This document shows, one piece after another, positions 18,260-27,491 of a DNA stretch of 51,498 bases (the stretch's first letter is position 1; each line of letters opens with the position of its first letter). The translations under genes were made by a program, and so were the position numbers. This DNA comes from Planctomycetota bacterium. GTDB lineage: Bacteria > Planctomycetota > SZUA-567 > H5-PLA8. The notes below the pieces were generated by a model, which saw only the letters and a list, made by a program, of their open reading frames with translations, was not told where the DNA came from and searched no databases. The stretch covers positions 2,794 to 54,291 of the forward strand of contig JAPLOD010000717.1 of the NCBI GenBank assembly GCA_026692735.1. The letters run 5' to 3'.

Positions 18260-19276
18260 ATGACACAACGCGGATACGTGCAGTGCCTGGCGTGGACTCT
18301 TGCCCTGGCCGCGGGCGCGATGTTGCTGCCCGGCTGCGGCTCTGGAGGCGGCGCCGGCGCGCCCGCCGCGAAGAAGAGCGGTCGCATCCGGCTCGCCGGG
18401 ATCATCTTTCAGGAAGACGACTTCTACAGGCTGGTGCAGTTCGGCATGCGTGACGCCGCGAAGGCGGCCGACGTGGAACTGCTTGAAGGCGCCAGCGGCA
18501 ACAAGCTGGACAAGGAGATTGACCTGATCAACACCTATATCGCCCGTGGCGTGGACGCGATCCTGGTGCCGCCGGTCAGCAGAAAAGGCTCGGTCGCCGC
18601 GCTGAAGCAGGCTCACGACAAGGGCATCACGCTCATCGTCCACAACACGCCCATAGACGCCGACTTCGCCGCCGCCCATATCGAATGCTCGCCCGCCGAC
18701 CTGGGCGAACAGACAGGCAAGGCCGCGCGCAAGTACATCGAAGAGAAGCTCGGCGGCAAGGCCAAGATCGCCATCCTGGCGTTCAAGTCCCAGTTGTCCG
18801 AACAGAGCGACGCCCGCACCGGCGGCTTCAAGAAGGAAGTCATGCAACTGCCCGGCGTCGAGGTCGTGGCGGAGCAGGACGCGTGGCTGCCCGAGCTGGC
18901 CGTCAGCAAGGCCGGCGACATCCTCACCGCCCATCCCGAAGTGGACGTCATCTACGCGGCCAACGAAGGCGGCACCATCGGCTCCGTCCTGGCCGTCAAG
19001 AACGCGGGCAAGACTGGCAAGGTGGTCGTCTTCGGGACTGACGTCAACGAGCAGCTTCTTACCTTCCTCCTGTCGCCGGACAACATCCTCCAGGCCATCA
19101 CCGCGCAGCGCCCCGTGGAAGTGGGCAGGCTGGCCGTCGAGTATGCGCTCAAGGCGCTCAGGAAGGAACCGATCGAGACGCCCAAGTACCTGAAGGGCAT
19201 CCTCCTCTCGCGCACCGATCCGGAAGGCGTGAAGGACTACGAGAAGCAGTTGAAGCAGTGGATGTCGAAAGGGTAG
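18260..19276 (+). CDS. Sugar ABC transporter substrate-binding lipoprotein (RbsB-like)
   Basis: Lipobox LLPGC; periplasmic binding fold motifs (I...I.RGVDAI, R..GF, IYAANE, VFGTD). Confidence 0.93.
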   Translation: MTQRGYVQCLAWTLALAAGAMLLPGCGSGGGAGAPAAKKSGRIRLAGIIFQEDDFYRLVQFGMRDAAKAADVELLEGASGNKLDKEIDLINTYIARGVDAILVPPVSRKGSVAALKQAHDKGITLIVHNTPIDADFAAAHIECSPADLGEQTGKAARKYIEEKLGGKAKIAILAFKSQLSEQSDARTGGFKKEVMQLPGVEVVAEQDAWLPELAVSKAGDILTAHPEVDVIYAANEGGTIGSVLAVKNAGKTGKVVVFGTDVNEQLLTFLLSPDNILQAITAQRPVEVGRLAVEYALKALRKEPIETPKYLKGILLSRTDPEGVKDYEKQLKQWMSKG

Positions 19277-19282
19277 GCCGCC

Positions 19283-21193
19283 ATGCACAACGCTTTGTTC
19301 TGCGGAAGCCTCGTGGCGGGCGTCGCGGCCCTTCTCGCTGTCGCACCCGAGATCGCTGCCGCCAAGGAGAGCCTTGATCCCGAGCGCGTCAAGGCCGTGG
19401 CGGCCATGCTTGCGGAGCGCCCCGCGGGCCTGGGCTCTCCGATCGGCGACCGCGCAGCCTGGGAACGCCTTGCCGACACGTACAAGAAGCAGATCCCGAA
19501 GGCTGCGGAGATCATGGCCCAGCCGCTGCCGGACCAGCCCGACGACCTGTTCCTCGATTTCTCCAAGACCGGAACGCGCGTCAACTGGGAGCGCGTCGCC
19601 GGCAAGCGGCGCGGCCGTCTCACCCCGCTGGTCCTGGCCGAATGCGTCGAGAACAAAGGACGCTTCCTGCCCGCCATCGAACAGCTCGTCGAAGCGCTGT
19701 GCGCCGAGAAAACCTGGGTCATGCCCGCCCACGACCGCGACTTGTCCAACTTCAAGGGCACGGCCGTGGACATTGACCTGGCCTCGTCCGCGCTGGCGTG
19801 GAACCTCGCCACCGCCGACTCCCTCCTCGGCGAGAAGCTCAAGCCGCCCATCCGGCAGACGCTGCGCGAGAACGTCGGCCGCCGCGTCCTGGAACCGTTC
19901 CGCGCCATGTACAACGGCGAGCGCAAACCCAACTGGTGGATGCTGGGCACCAACAACTGGAACGCCGTCTGCCTGGCGTGCACCGTCGGCGCGGGCCTGG
20001 CGCAGGTCGAGCAGAAGGAACAGCGCGCGCAGTTCATCGTCGCCGCGGAGAAATACTCCCGCAACTTCCTCGCCGGCTTCACGCCCGACGGCTACTGCAG
20101 CGAAGGCCTCGGCTACTGGAATTACGGCTTCGGGCACTACCTGATGCTGGCTGAGACCGTCCGCCAGGCCACGCGCGGCGGCGTGGACCTGCTTTCGCTG
20201 CCGGACGCCAAGGCGCCCGCGTCCTTCGGCGCGCGGATTCAGATCATCGGCGGCGTGGCGCCGGCGTTCGCCGACTGCGGCGTGAAAGCCAAGCCCGCGG
20301 AAGACACCATGTACTTTCTCAACCGCCGCTTCTCTCTGGGGCTGAAGGCCTACGAGCCGCTCGACCTGTTGAGCGTCGTGGGCAGCCTCTTCCAGGCCAT
20401 GCTCTATGCGTTCCCGAACGCCGTGACGGAGATGAAACCCGCGGCGGAAGGAGCGCCTCGCGCCGCCGGCGGCCCGGAGTTGCGCACGTGGTTCGATAAG
20501 GCCGGCATCCTGATCTGCCGCCCCGCCCCCGACTCGCCCTGTCGCATGGGTGTGGCGTTGAAAGGCGGCCACAACGCCGAGAACCACAATCACAACGATG
20601 TCGGCTCATTCGTCGTCGTTGTCGGCGACAAACCCGTCCTGCTCGACCCGGGCGCCGAAACCTACACCGCGCGGACGTTCAGCAACAAGCGCTACGACAG
20701 CAAGCTGCTGAACTCCTTCGGCCACCCCGTGCCCGTGATCGCCGGCAGACTGCAGCGTGAAGGACGCGAAGCCCAGGGCAAGGTGCTCCGCACCGACTTC
20801 ACGGACAACGCCGACACCGTGCAGTTTGACATCAGCTCGGCGTATCCGGTCCCGGAACTCAAGACGTTGGAGCGGACGTTCGTTTTCTCGCGCGAAAAGG
20901 CCGGTTCCGTGACGGTGACCGACCGCGTCGAGTTCAAGAACCCGCAGACGTTCGGCACCGCGCTGCTCACGCTGGGCAAGTGGGAACAGCTTCCGGACCG
21001 CAGCCTGATCGTTCGCGATGACAAGGCGGCTGTGAAAGTGGAGGTTGACGCGGGCGGCGCCGAGTGGACCGTCCAGGCCGAGGAGATCCAGGAGAACGCG
21101 CCCGTCAAGCCGACCCGCCTGGGCATTAACCTCTCCAAGCCCGTGACCGCCGCCACCGTCACCCTCAAGATCACGCCGCAGGGCGTGCCGTAG
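19283..21193 (+). CDS. Heparinase II/III-family polysaccharide lyase-like protein
   Basis: Signal peptide; NNWNAVC, DG.CSEG.GYW.YG, FADC, KGGHN.E.HNHND.GSF, DPG...Y, NS.GH.VP. Confidence 0.88.
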   Translation: MHNALFCGSLVAGVAALLAVAPEIAAAKESLDPERVKAVAAMLAERPAGLGSPIGDRAAWERLADTYKKQIPKAAEIMAQPLPDQPDDLFLDFSKTGTRVNWERVAGKRRGRLTPLVLAECVENKGRFLPAIEQLVEALCAEKTWVMPAHDRDLSNFKGTAVDIDLASSALAWNLATADSLLGEKLKPPIRQTLRENVGRRVLEPFRAMYNGERKPNWWMLGTNNWNAVCLACTVGAGLAQVEQKEQRAQFIVAAEKYSRNFLAGFTPDGYCSEGLGYWNYGFGHYLMLAETVRQATRGGVDLLSLPDAKAPASFGARIQIIGGVAPAFADCGVKAKPAEDTMYFLNRRFSLGLKAYEPLDLLSVVGSLFQAMLYAFPNAVTEMKPAAEGAPRAAGGPELRTWFDKAGILICRPAPDSPCRMGVALKGGHNAENHNHNDVGSFVVVVGDKPVLLDPGAETYTARTFSNKRYDSKLLNSFGHPVPVIAGRLQREGREAQGKVLRTDFTDNADTVQFDISSAYPVPELKTLERTFVFSREKAGSVTVTDRVEFKNPQTFGTALLTLGKWEQLPDRSLIVRDDKAAVKVEVDAGGAEWTVQAEEIQENAPVKPTRLGINLSKPVTAATVTLKITPQGVP

Positions 21194-21297
21194 TGCACGC
21201 TTCTCGCGCCGCCGGCCCCCCGGCTCAGGTTTTCGTTGGCAGTGTTGGGATAAGGCGGTAGCCTCCTGCGCGTGCAGCTTTGAGAAGGGGAAAACAC

Positions 21298-21876
21298 ATG
21301 GACAACGTACCTCCCGCCACCACGCCTCCCGCCGCCCCCCGCGTTCCCGGTCAGCCGCCCGAGAAGAAGGGCCTGCATCCCCTCGCGTGGGTCGGTATCG
21401 GGTGCGCCGTTTTGGCCGTCCTGGGCGTTGTGCTCTTCCTGGTTCTGGGCGTTTTCTTTTTCAAAGGAGTGAAACGGAACGTTCGGATGCAGGGCGGCAA
21501 GGCCGTCATCACCGCTCCTGATGGGGAAGTAACCGTCAACGGTGCCAAGAACGAGCTGCCCGCGTGGCTCCCGGCGTACCCTGGCGCGGCCGTCACGGGC
21601 AATGTCTCCTTGAAGAACCCCAAGGGCGAGACCGTGACCGTGAGTTTCGAGACTGCCGATCCAGCCGAGAAGGTCCTCAGCTACTACGAGCAGGCCTTCC
21701 AGAAGGCGGGGTTCGAGCTCAGCACGTTCAAGGACGGCAAAGGCGCCATAATCAACGGCACTGACAAGCCCCGCGCGCGCTCGGCCATGGTAATTGTCTC
21801 GGCCGGCAAGGGGAAGACGTCAATCACGGTCACCTGCGAGAAGAAGAGCGCAATCGAACCCGTCGAGCAGCAGTAG
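21298..21876 (+). CDS. Single-pass membrane protein with a periplasmic LPxWLPxYPG domain
   Basis: GAAGGGG RBS; TM segment WVGIGCAVLAVLGVVLFLVLGVFFF; LPAWLPAYPGA...VLSYYEQAF. Confidence 0.85.
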   Translation: MDNVPPATTPPAAPRVPGQPPEKKGLHPLAWVGIGCAVLAVLGVVLFLVLGVFFFKGVKRNVRMQGGKAVITAPDGEVTVNGAKNELPAWLPAYPGAAVTGNVSLKNPKGETVTVSFETADPAEKVLSYYEQAFQKAGFELSTFKDGKGAIINGTDKPRARSAMVIVSAGKGKTSITVTCEKKSAIEPVEQQ

Positions 21877-21890
21877 CGCGAGAGGGTTAA

Positions 21891-21951
21891 CCACGAAGAT
21901 CACGAAGAATACGAAGGAGGCTGTTCGTCGTGGCCTTCGTGTGCTTCGTGG
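21891..21951. repeat. Inverted repeat of 9-bp units (CACGAAGAW...CTTCGTG)
   Basis: CCACGAAGATCACGAAGAATACGAAG ... TTCGTCGTGGCCTTCGTGTGCTTCGTGG. Confidence 0.8.
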
Positions 21952-22063
21952 CGAAAAAGGGTCCCCGTTGGTGACGCAGCCGGCTCGCCTTCCGCATCTT
22001 GGCTGGAAGCCCGGCCGACGGTCGTATACGGTATCACACATCAGACAACCAGGGGTGCCGAGC

Positions 22064-23107
22064 ATGACTGGACGAGAACGTGTCCGCGCCGCGTTGACCT
22101 TCTCCAGCCCCGACCGCGCGCCGCGCGACATCTGGGCGCTGCCGGCGATCACGCGCTTACGAAAGAAGGAGTTCGACGCGCTCTGCCGCAAGTATCCCAT
22201 GGATATCCAAGGCGCGCCCGGCACTCCCGCGGCGGTGAAGAGCGAGCCCGATAACCCGTCCGGTATCGGCAGGTACACCGACGACTGGGGCAGTATGTGG
22301 CAGGTGGCCGAACTGGGCGTCGTCGGCGAAGTCAAGGCGCCGGTGCTCGCCGACTGGTCCAGACTCGCCGGCTTCAGGCCGCCCTGGCACCTGATCCAGA
22401 GCCGCAGCGCGGCCGACGTCAACCGCGTGTATGCCGGGTCCGACCGCTTCGTGGTCTCCGAATGCACCGCGCGGCCCTTCGAGCGCCTCCAGGTCCTCTG
22501 CGGCACCGAGAAGGTCTTCCTCGATCTGGCCTACGGCACGCGCGAGCTGCTCAAGCTGCTGGAGATCGTGCACGACTATTACCTGAAGGACATCGAGTGG
22601 TGGTGCAGGACCGATGTGGACGCCGTCACGACGATGGACGACTGGGGCACGAACAAGGCCCTGCTCATCTCGCCGGCCACGTGGCGCGCCGTCTTCAAGC
22701 CCTTGTACCGCGACTACTGCCGCATGATCCACCGCGCGGGCAAGTTCGCGTTCTTCCACACCGACGGCCACACCGCCGCGATTTACGGGGACCTGATCGA
22801 GGTCGGCATGGACGCCATCAACTCGCAGCTCTTCTGCATGGACATCGAAGAGCTGGCGCGCCGGTACAAAGGCCAGGTGACCTTCTGGGGCGAGATTGAC
22901 CGCCAGCACGTGCTGCCCTTCGGCACGCCGGCGGAAGTGCGGCAGGCGGTCATGCGCGTGCGGCGCGCGCTGGATGACGGCCGCGGCGGCGTGATCGCGC
23001 AGTGCGAATGGGGCAAGAACAACCCGCGCCGCAACATTGACGCGCTGTACAAGGCGTGGCTTGAGCCGGGGCCGCCCAGGTCCGGAACCCAGAATCGAAA
23101 ATCGTGA
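22064..23107 (+). CDS. Uroporphyrinogen decarboxylase (URO-D/MtaA-like) superfamily protein
   Basis: MT.RERV..AL...PDR.P, DDWG..W, DDWG..ALLISP..WR..FKP.Y, FHTDG, FWGEIDRQ.VLPFGT..EVR. Confidence 0.88.
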   Translation: MTGRERVRAALTFSSPDRAPRDIWALPAITRLRKKEFDALCRKYPMDIQGAPGTPAAVKSEPDNPSGIGRYTDDWGSMWQVAELGVVGEVKAPVLADWSRLAGFRPPWHLIQSRSAADVNRVYAGSDRFVVSECTARPFERLQVLCGTEKVFLDLAYGTRELLKLLEIVHDYYLKDIEWWCRTDVDAVTTMDDWGTNKALLISPATWRAVFKPLYRDYCRMIHRAGKFAFFHTDGHTAAIYGDLIEVGMDAINSQLFCMDIEELARRYKGQVTFWGEIDRQHVLPFGTPAEVRQAVMRVRRALDDGRGGVIAQCEWGKNNPRRNIDALYKAWLEPGPPRSGTQNRKS

Positions 23108-23110
23108 GCC

Positions 23111-24607
23111 ATGGCGTGCCAGCTTCAGACCGAGAACATACGCAAGGAATATCCCGGCACGGTGGCGCTGGACAACGTCTCCGTCAGCTTTGACGGCGGC
23201 AAGGTCCACGCCCTGATCGGCAAGAACGGCGCGGGCAAGAGCACGCTGGTCAAAATCTTCGCCGGCGCCGTCCAGCCCACCAGCGGCCGGATTCTCGTGG
23301 ACGGCCAGCCGGTCGTCCTGCGCTCGCCCCGCGACGCCTTCGCCCAGGGCATCGCCACCGTGTACCAGGAGATGAGCCTCGTGCCCGGCTTGAGTGTCGC
23401 CGAGAACATCCTGCTGGGCCGCCTCCCTCACAAGAAAGTCCTGGGCGCCTCCGTGATTGACTGGCCCGCGGTCTTCGCCCGGGCCAGGGCGGTGCTGGAC
23501 GGCATGCAGGTAAGCCTCGACGTGCGCCGGCAGGTGGGCGACCTGGGCATGGCCCAGCAGCAGATCGTCGAGATCGCCAAGGCCATGTCCTTCAACCCGT
23601 CGGTGATCATGTTCGACGAACCTACCTCGGCCCTGGCGCAGCACGAAACGCAGACCCTCTTCGGCCTCATCCGCACGCTCGCCGCCAAGGGCGTGGTGAT
23701 CGTCTATATTACCCATCGCCTGCAGGAGCTGCCGCTGATCGCCGACACGGTGACCGTCGTCCGGGACGGCAGGTACATCGGCACCGCCGCCATGGCGCAG
23801 GCGACGCCGCAGACCATCGTGCAGATGATGTTCGGCGAGGTCGTGCAGAAGGAGCGGCCCGCCGATCTGAAGGCCGGCACCGAGCCGGTGCTGCAGGTCC
23901 GCGGCCTCGGACAGAAAGGCAAGTTCCACGACGTCAACTTCACGCTCTACCGCGGCGAAGTCCTGGGCATCGCCGGAATGCTGGGGTCCGGCCGCACGGA
24001 ACTGCTGCGGGCTCTCTTCGGCGCGGAAGCCTTCGATGCGGGCGAGATCGTCATTGGCGGGCGCTCCGTCCGCACCGTCACGCCCTCGCTCATGAAGGAC
24101 CTCGGCGTCGCCTTCACGCCGGAGAACCGGAAGGAGCAGGCCCTGGTGCAGATCCTCAGCACCCGCGCGAACCTCTGCCTCGCCAGCCTCGACCGCATTT
24201 CAACCCTGGGCTTCACGACGCGCCGGCGCGAACGGTCCGTCGTGAACAGGCTCGTGGCACGGCTCTCGGTCCGCATGCCCGACACCGAACAGCCGGTCTC
24301 GTCGCTTAGCGGCGGCAACCAGCAGAAGGTGGTCGTGGGCAAGTGGCTCAACACGGAACCGCGCGTCATCCTGTTTGATGAGCCGACCCGCGGGATTGAC
24401 GTGCAGGCCAAGCAGCAGATCTTTCAGATCATGTGGGACTTGAGCCGCCAGGGGATCAGTAGCCTCTTCGTCTCCAGCGAACTCGAGGAGCTGCTCGAGG
24501 TCTGCCATCGCATTCTCATTATGAAGAAAGGCACGCTCCGCGGCGAAGTCCAGCCCGGCACGCTGAGCGTGGACGAACTGTTCGTGCGCTGCATGACGGA
24601 CGAGTGA
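23111..24607 (+). CDS. Sugar ABC transporter ATP-binding protein (RbsA/MglA type)
   Basis: GKNGAGKST Walker A, DEPTSAL, second NBD with LSGGNQQKV and DEPTRGIDV. Confidence 0.96.
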   Translation: MACQLQTENIRKEYPGTVALDNVSVSFDGGKVHALIGKNGAGKSTLVKIFAGAVQPTSGRILVDGQPVVLRSPRDAFAQGIATVYQEMSLVPGLSVAENILLGRLPHKKVLGASVIDWPAVFARARAVLDGMQVSLDVRRQVGDLGMAQQQIVEIAKAMSFNPSVIMFDEPTSALAQHETQTLFGLIRTLAAKGVVIVYITHRLQELPLIADTVTVVRDGRYIGTAAMAQATPQTIVQMMFGEVVQKERPADLKAGTEPVLQVRGLGQKGKFHDVNFTLYRGEVLGIAGMLGSGRTELLRALFGAEAFDAGEIVIGGRSVRTVTPSLMKDLGVAFTPENRKEQALVQILSTRANLCLASLDRISTLGFTTRRRERSVVNRLVARLSVRMPDTEQPVSSLSGGNQQKVVVGKWLNTEPRVILFDEPTRGIDVQAKQQIFQIMWDLSRQGISSLFVSSELEELLEVCHRILIMKKGTLRGEVQPGTLSVDELFVRCMTDE

Positions 24608-24629
24608 GACAGTCTCCAAGGAGTTCAGA

Positions 24630-25613
24630 ATGCCGCCACTGGAATCCGGCTCCCGCGTTCGCGCCCTGCTGAGAAACTCGGTCATGGAGATCGTGCTCCT
24701 GGCGCTGTGCATCTTCCTGGCGTTCAGGGCCGACGGCTTCCTCTCCATGCAGAACTTCCTCAACGTCCTCCGCACCGCCTCGTTCCGCGGCATGATTGCC
24801 CTCGGCATGACCATGGTCATCATCGCCGGCGAGATTGACCTGAGCGTCGGCTCGATGGTCGCCTTCTCCGGTTGCCTGGCGGCCTGGCTGACGGGATACC
24901 TGGCCGGCCCGGCCTGCGGCATGTCCCTGGGCTCTGCGGTCACGTTGTCCATCGTGGCCAGCGTGCTGGCCGCTCTGGGCATCGGCTGCATCACGGGCTT
25001 TCTCCGCGTGCGCTTCGAGGTGCCCACGTTCATCACCACGCTCGCGTGGATGAGCGTGCTGCGGGGCTCCGCCTCGCTCATCACCAAGGGCTTTCCCCTC
25101 ACGCCCTTCCCCGAATGGTACAACTTCATCGGCGGCGGCTATCTGCTCGGCATTCCGTTCCCCGCCATCATCTTCATCGCCAGCTTCGCCATCATTCAGG
25201 TCCTGATGAGTTACACGTCCTTCGGCCGCGCCGTCTACGCCGTGGGCGGCAACGCCGAAGCCGCGCGCTTGAGCGGCATCAAGGTCTACCAGGTGAAGGT
25301 CCTTGTCATGGCCATCGTCGCCGGGCTGGCGGCGTTGAGCGGCATCATGCAGTCCGCGCAGATCATGTCGGGCTCGCACAAGACCGCCGAGGGCTGGGAA
25401 CTGGAGGTGATCTCCGCCGTGATCATCGGCGGCACCAGTTTGATGGGCGGCGTGGGGCGGGTCTGGGGCACGCTGATCGGCGTCGTCTTCCTCGGCGTGC
25501 TCGTCAACGGCATGACCTTGATGAGCATTGACGAATACTGGCAGCCTGTGGTCCGCGGCGCGCTGATCCTCGGGGCCGTGCTGATCAACCTGGCGCCGTC
25601 GTCCAGGAAGTAA
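24630..25613 (+). CDS. Sugar ABC transporter permease (RbsC type)
   Basis: GEIDLSVGS, P.FI.TL, FGR.VYAVGGN.EAARLSGI, EL.VI.AVIIGGTSL.GG.G. Confidence 0.96.
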   Translation: MPPLESGSRVRALLRNSVMEIVLLALCIFLAFRADGFLSMQNFLNVLRTASFRGMIALGMTMVIIAGEIDLSVGSMVAFSGCLAAWLTGYLAGPACGMSLGSAVTLSIVASVLAALGIGCITGFLRVRFEVPTFITTLAWMSVLRGSASLITKGFPLTPFPEWYNFIGGGYLLGIPFPAIIFIASFAIIQVLMSYTSFGRAVYAVGGNAEAARLSGIKVYQVKVLVMAIVAGLAALSGIMQSAQIMSGSHKTAEGWELEVISAVIIGGTSLMGGVGRVWGTLIGVVFLGVLVNGMTLMSIDEYWQPVVRGALILGAVLINLAPSSRK

Positions 25614-25620
25614 CAGCGCT

Positions 25621-25644
25621 AGGCGGGACACTCTTGTCCCGCCT
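25621..25644. repeat. REP-like palindrome / possible bidirectional terminator
   Basis: AGGCGGGACA-CTCT-TGTCCCGCCT, a perfect 10-bp stem between convergent genes. Confidence 0.75.
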
Positions 25645-25677
25645 GAGCGCGTCCGCAGCATGGGCGCCAGGGCGCTA

Positions 25678-25995
25678 TCAGATCCACGCCTCAAACGCTC
25701 GCGCCAGTTCGCCCTCCAGCCTCCCAAGTCGCTTGCGCAGTTCCTCCACCCTTATCTCATGGATCTCGTCACCGGCCGCAAAGCTCGACCGGTCAAGTCC
25801 TGTCGCGGGGAAATCCGGATACGACTCCTCAATGAGGAAATGCGCCACGGGCCTATACAGCGCCATTTGGCTGGACAAGAGGCAGATGGTCACCTTGCTC
25901 GCCAGCGGCGCGGTCAGCAGTATGCAGGGACGGATATCGTGACTCCGCCCGTACCGATAGCGAACCGTGTAGACGTCGCGCACGGCGGGCGTCAT
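25678..25995 (-). CDS. Divergent PemK/MazF-like toxin
   Basis: 105 aa; DVY.V...RPCIL (MazF RP motif), LSSQ, TGL.RSS (PemK GL...S), RLGRL near the C-terminus. Confidence 0.7.
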   Translation of the reverse strand: MTPAVRDVYTVRYRYGRSHDIRPCILLTAPLASKVTICLLSSQMALYRPVAHFLIEESYPDFPATGLDRSSFAAGDEIHEIRVEELRKRLGRLEGELARAFEAWI

Positions 25996-26240
25996 GACTT
26001 GGCGCCACCAGCGCCCTTTGCGCGTCGTTCAGCCGCTGCTTCCAGCGTTACGACCCACTCCGGCTCCGGCGGGTAGGGGCAGTCTTTATGCTTGCGATCG
26101 TCCTCCGTGTAGATGGGGCGCCCTTTGAAGTGCCTGCGTTGCCGCTCGGCAATGACCTTCGCGCACCGCGCGCCTCCCCGTCTCCTCGGCTCGTGTTGCA
26201 CGCGCCTCGAATCCACCGCGTCCTCAGCTTTTGTCTTCAT
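25992..26240 (-). CDS. Small basic hypothetical protein, putative antitoxin
   Basis: 82 aa, upstream of the MazF-like gene with ATGA stop/start overlap; GAGGA RBS. Confidence 0.6.
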   Translation of the reverse strand: MKTKAEDAVDSRRVQHEPRRRGGARCAKVIAERQRRHFKGRPIYTEDDRKHKDCPYPPEPEWVVTLEAAAERRAKGAGGAKS

Positions 26241-26311
26241 GAGTGATTCCTCTGCGACTCATTATACCATCCCGCGCCGGCACATCATGCGCATTTGCGG
26301 GGCATCCGCGG

Positions 26312-26989
26312 TTACGCCGTTCCTTCCCGCAGCCACGGTTCCGCCACGCTCAGATGGGATTGGTCGCCGTTCAGCTCAAGCCCCCATGCCGTCCCGTTCC
26401 ACACCACCTTGGCCAGGCTGCACAAGCCGCAGTTGATCGCGGGGAAACCCTCGACCAGTCCGTAGATCAGCCCCGTCATCGAGGCGCCGTGGCACACGCA
26501 CAGCATATCGCCCGCGAATTCCGTGGCCAGCAGGCGCGCCGCGCGGCCGGCGCGCGGCCAGCAATCCTTCTGCTCATCGTTCTCGGGGTAGTGGGCCCCG
26601 ACGCGTGACGAGTACGTCGTGTCCACGCGCGCGAAAGGTGCGGCCAGTTCCTGCGCGCTCAGGAACTCCGGCGCCGTCTTGAACCACGTCGGGTTCAGCC
26701 ACTCGCAGAGTCCGTGCTCGACGTTGACGCTCAGCCCGAGCGCTTCCGCCACGTACGCCGCCGTCTCGACTGTGCGCAGGAACGGCGAGGCGAAGATGTG
26801 CTCGATGCCTTCGCCGGCCAGGCGCCGCCCCAGTTGCCGCGCCTGGGCCACGCCGTCGGGGGACAAGCCCGGGTCGTGAGGCCGCGCGGCGGTCTCCGCC
26901 CAGGCCGGGTCCACGAAGTCTGCGCGGTTGCCGTGGCGCGCAATCCAGATTGTCCTGCCGAGACGATATGTCGGCTGTTGCGCGTGCAT
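26312..26989 (-). CDS. Histidine phosphatase (phosphoglycerate mutase) family protein
   Basis: WIARHG, DP.LS..G..QA, IFASPFLRTVETA, GLCE, VCHG. Start uncertain (ATG 26989 chosen). Confidence 0.9.
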   Translation of the reverse strand: MHAQQPTYRLGRTIWIARHGNRADFVDPAWAETAARPHDPGLSPDGVAQARQLGRRLAGEGIEHIFASPFLRTVETAAYVAEALGLSVNVEHGLCEWLNPTWFKTAPEFLSAQELAAPFARVDTTYSSRVGAHYPENDEQKDCWPRAGRAARLLATEFAGDMLCVCHGASMTGLIYGLVEGFPAINCGLCSLAKVVWNGTAWGLELNGDQSHLSVAEPWLREGTA

Positions 26990-27220
26990 TCGTGGGTGCT
27001 CCGCCCGTCGGGCCATCATCCCCATTATAATAAAGGCCGCTGCATTGGTAGCCCGTATTTCGGTCCGCGACCCAAGCATGCGCATGTGGCCACTGCACGA
27101 GTGGGCGGAGCGCCCCCCGCCGCATGGAACAGTCTCTAAGACATCAGTCCTGCCAACCACGCTCCCGTACATAGCCCTAATACATATCCGGAAAATTGAG
27201 CAATAGTTAAGAGGTGGAGC

Positions 27221-27248
27221 TTGACGGGGGGAAAAAAAAACATACAGT
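27221..27248 (+). promoter_or_regulatory. Putative sigma70 promoter with a G6A9 homopolymer in the -35/-10 spacer
   Basis: TTGACG (27221-27226), GGGGG AAAAAAAAA CA (16 nt), TACAGT (27243-27248), upstream of the secretin pair. Confidence 0.65.
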
Positions 27249-27491
27249 CAGTGGTTGCTAGCCTTTGACCTGACGTACTACCGGAGCCCGCATCCGGGTG
27301 GGCTCCGTGCAATGCGGTGTTACGCCGTTCGCAACAGGCGCCTGCGTCTTGGTGTCTGTGTTCAGAGGGGTGGGGGCAAGACACGTTCGACGTGTTGTGT
27401 ATCGTTTGGCAGTACCGCCCACGGGGCGGTGTGTGCCCGGCGCGATGCCGGCATGACAACCGGGCTCGAACAGAAAGGACGGCCGCGGCCG

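Noticed and set aside
22064-23107. hemE
   Set aside because: Lacks the HemE W.MRQAGR motif, and the context is sugar transport.
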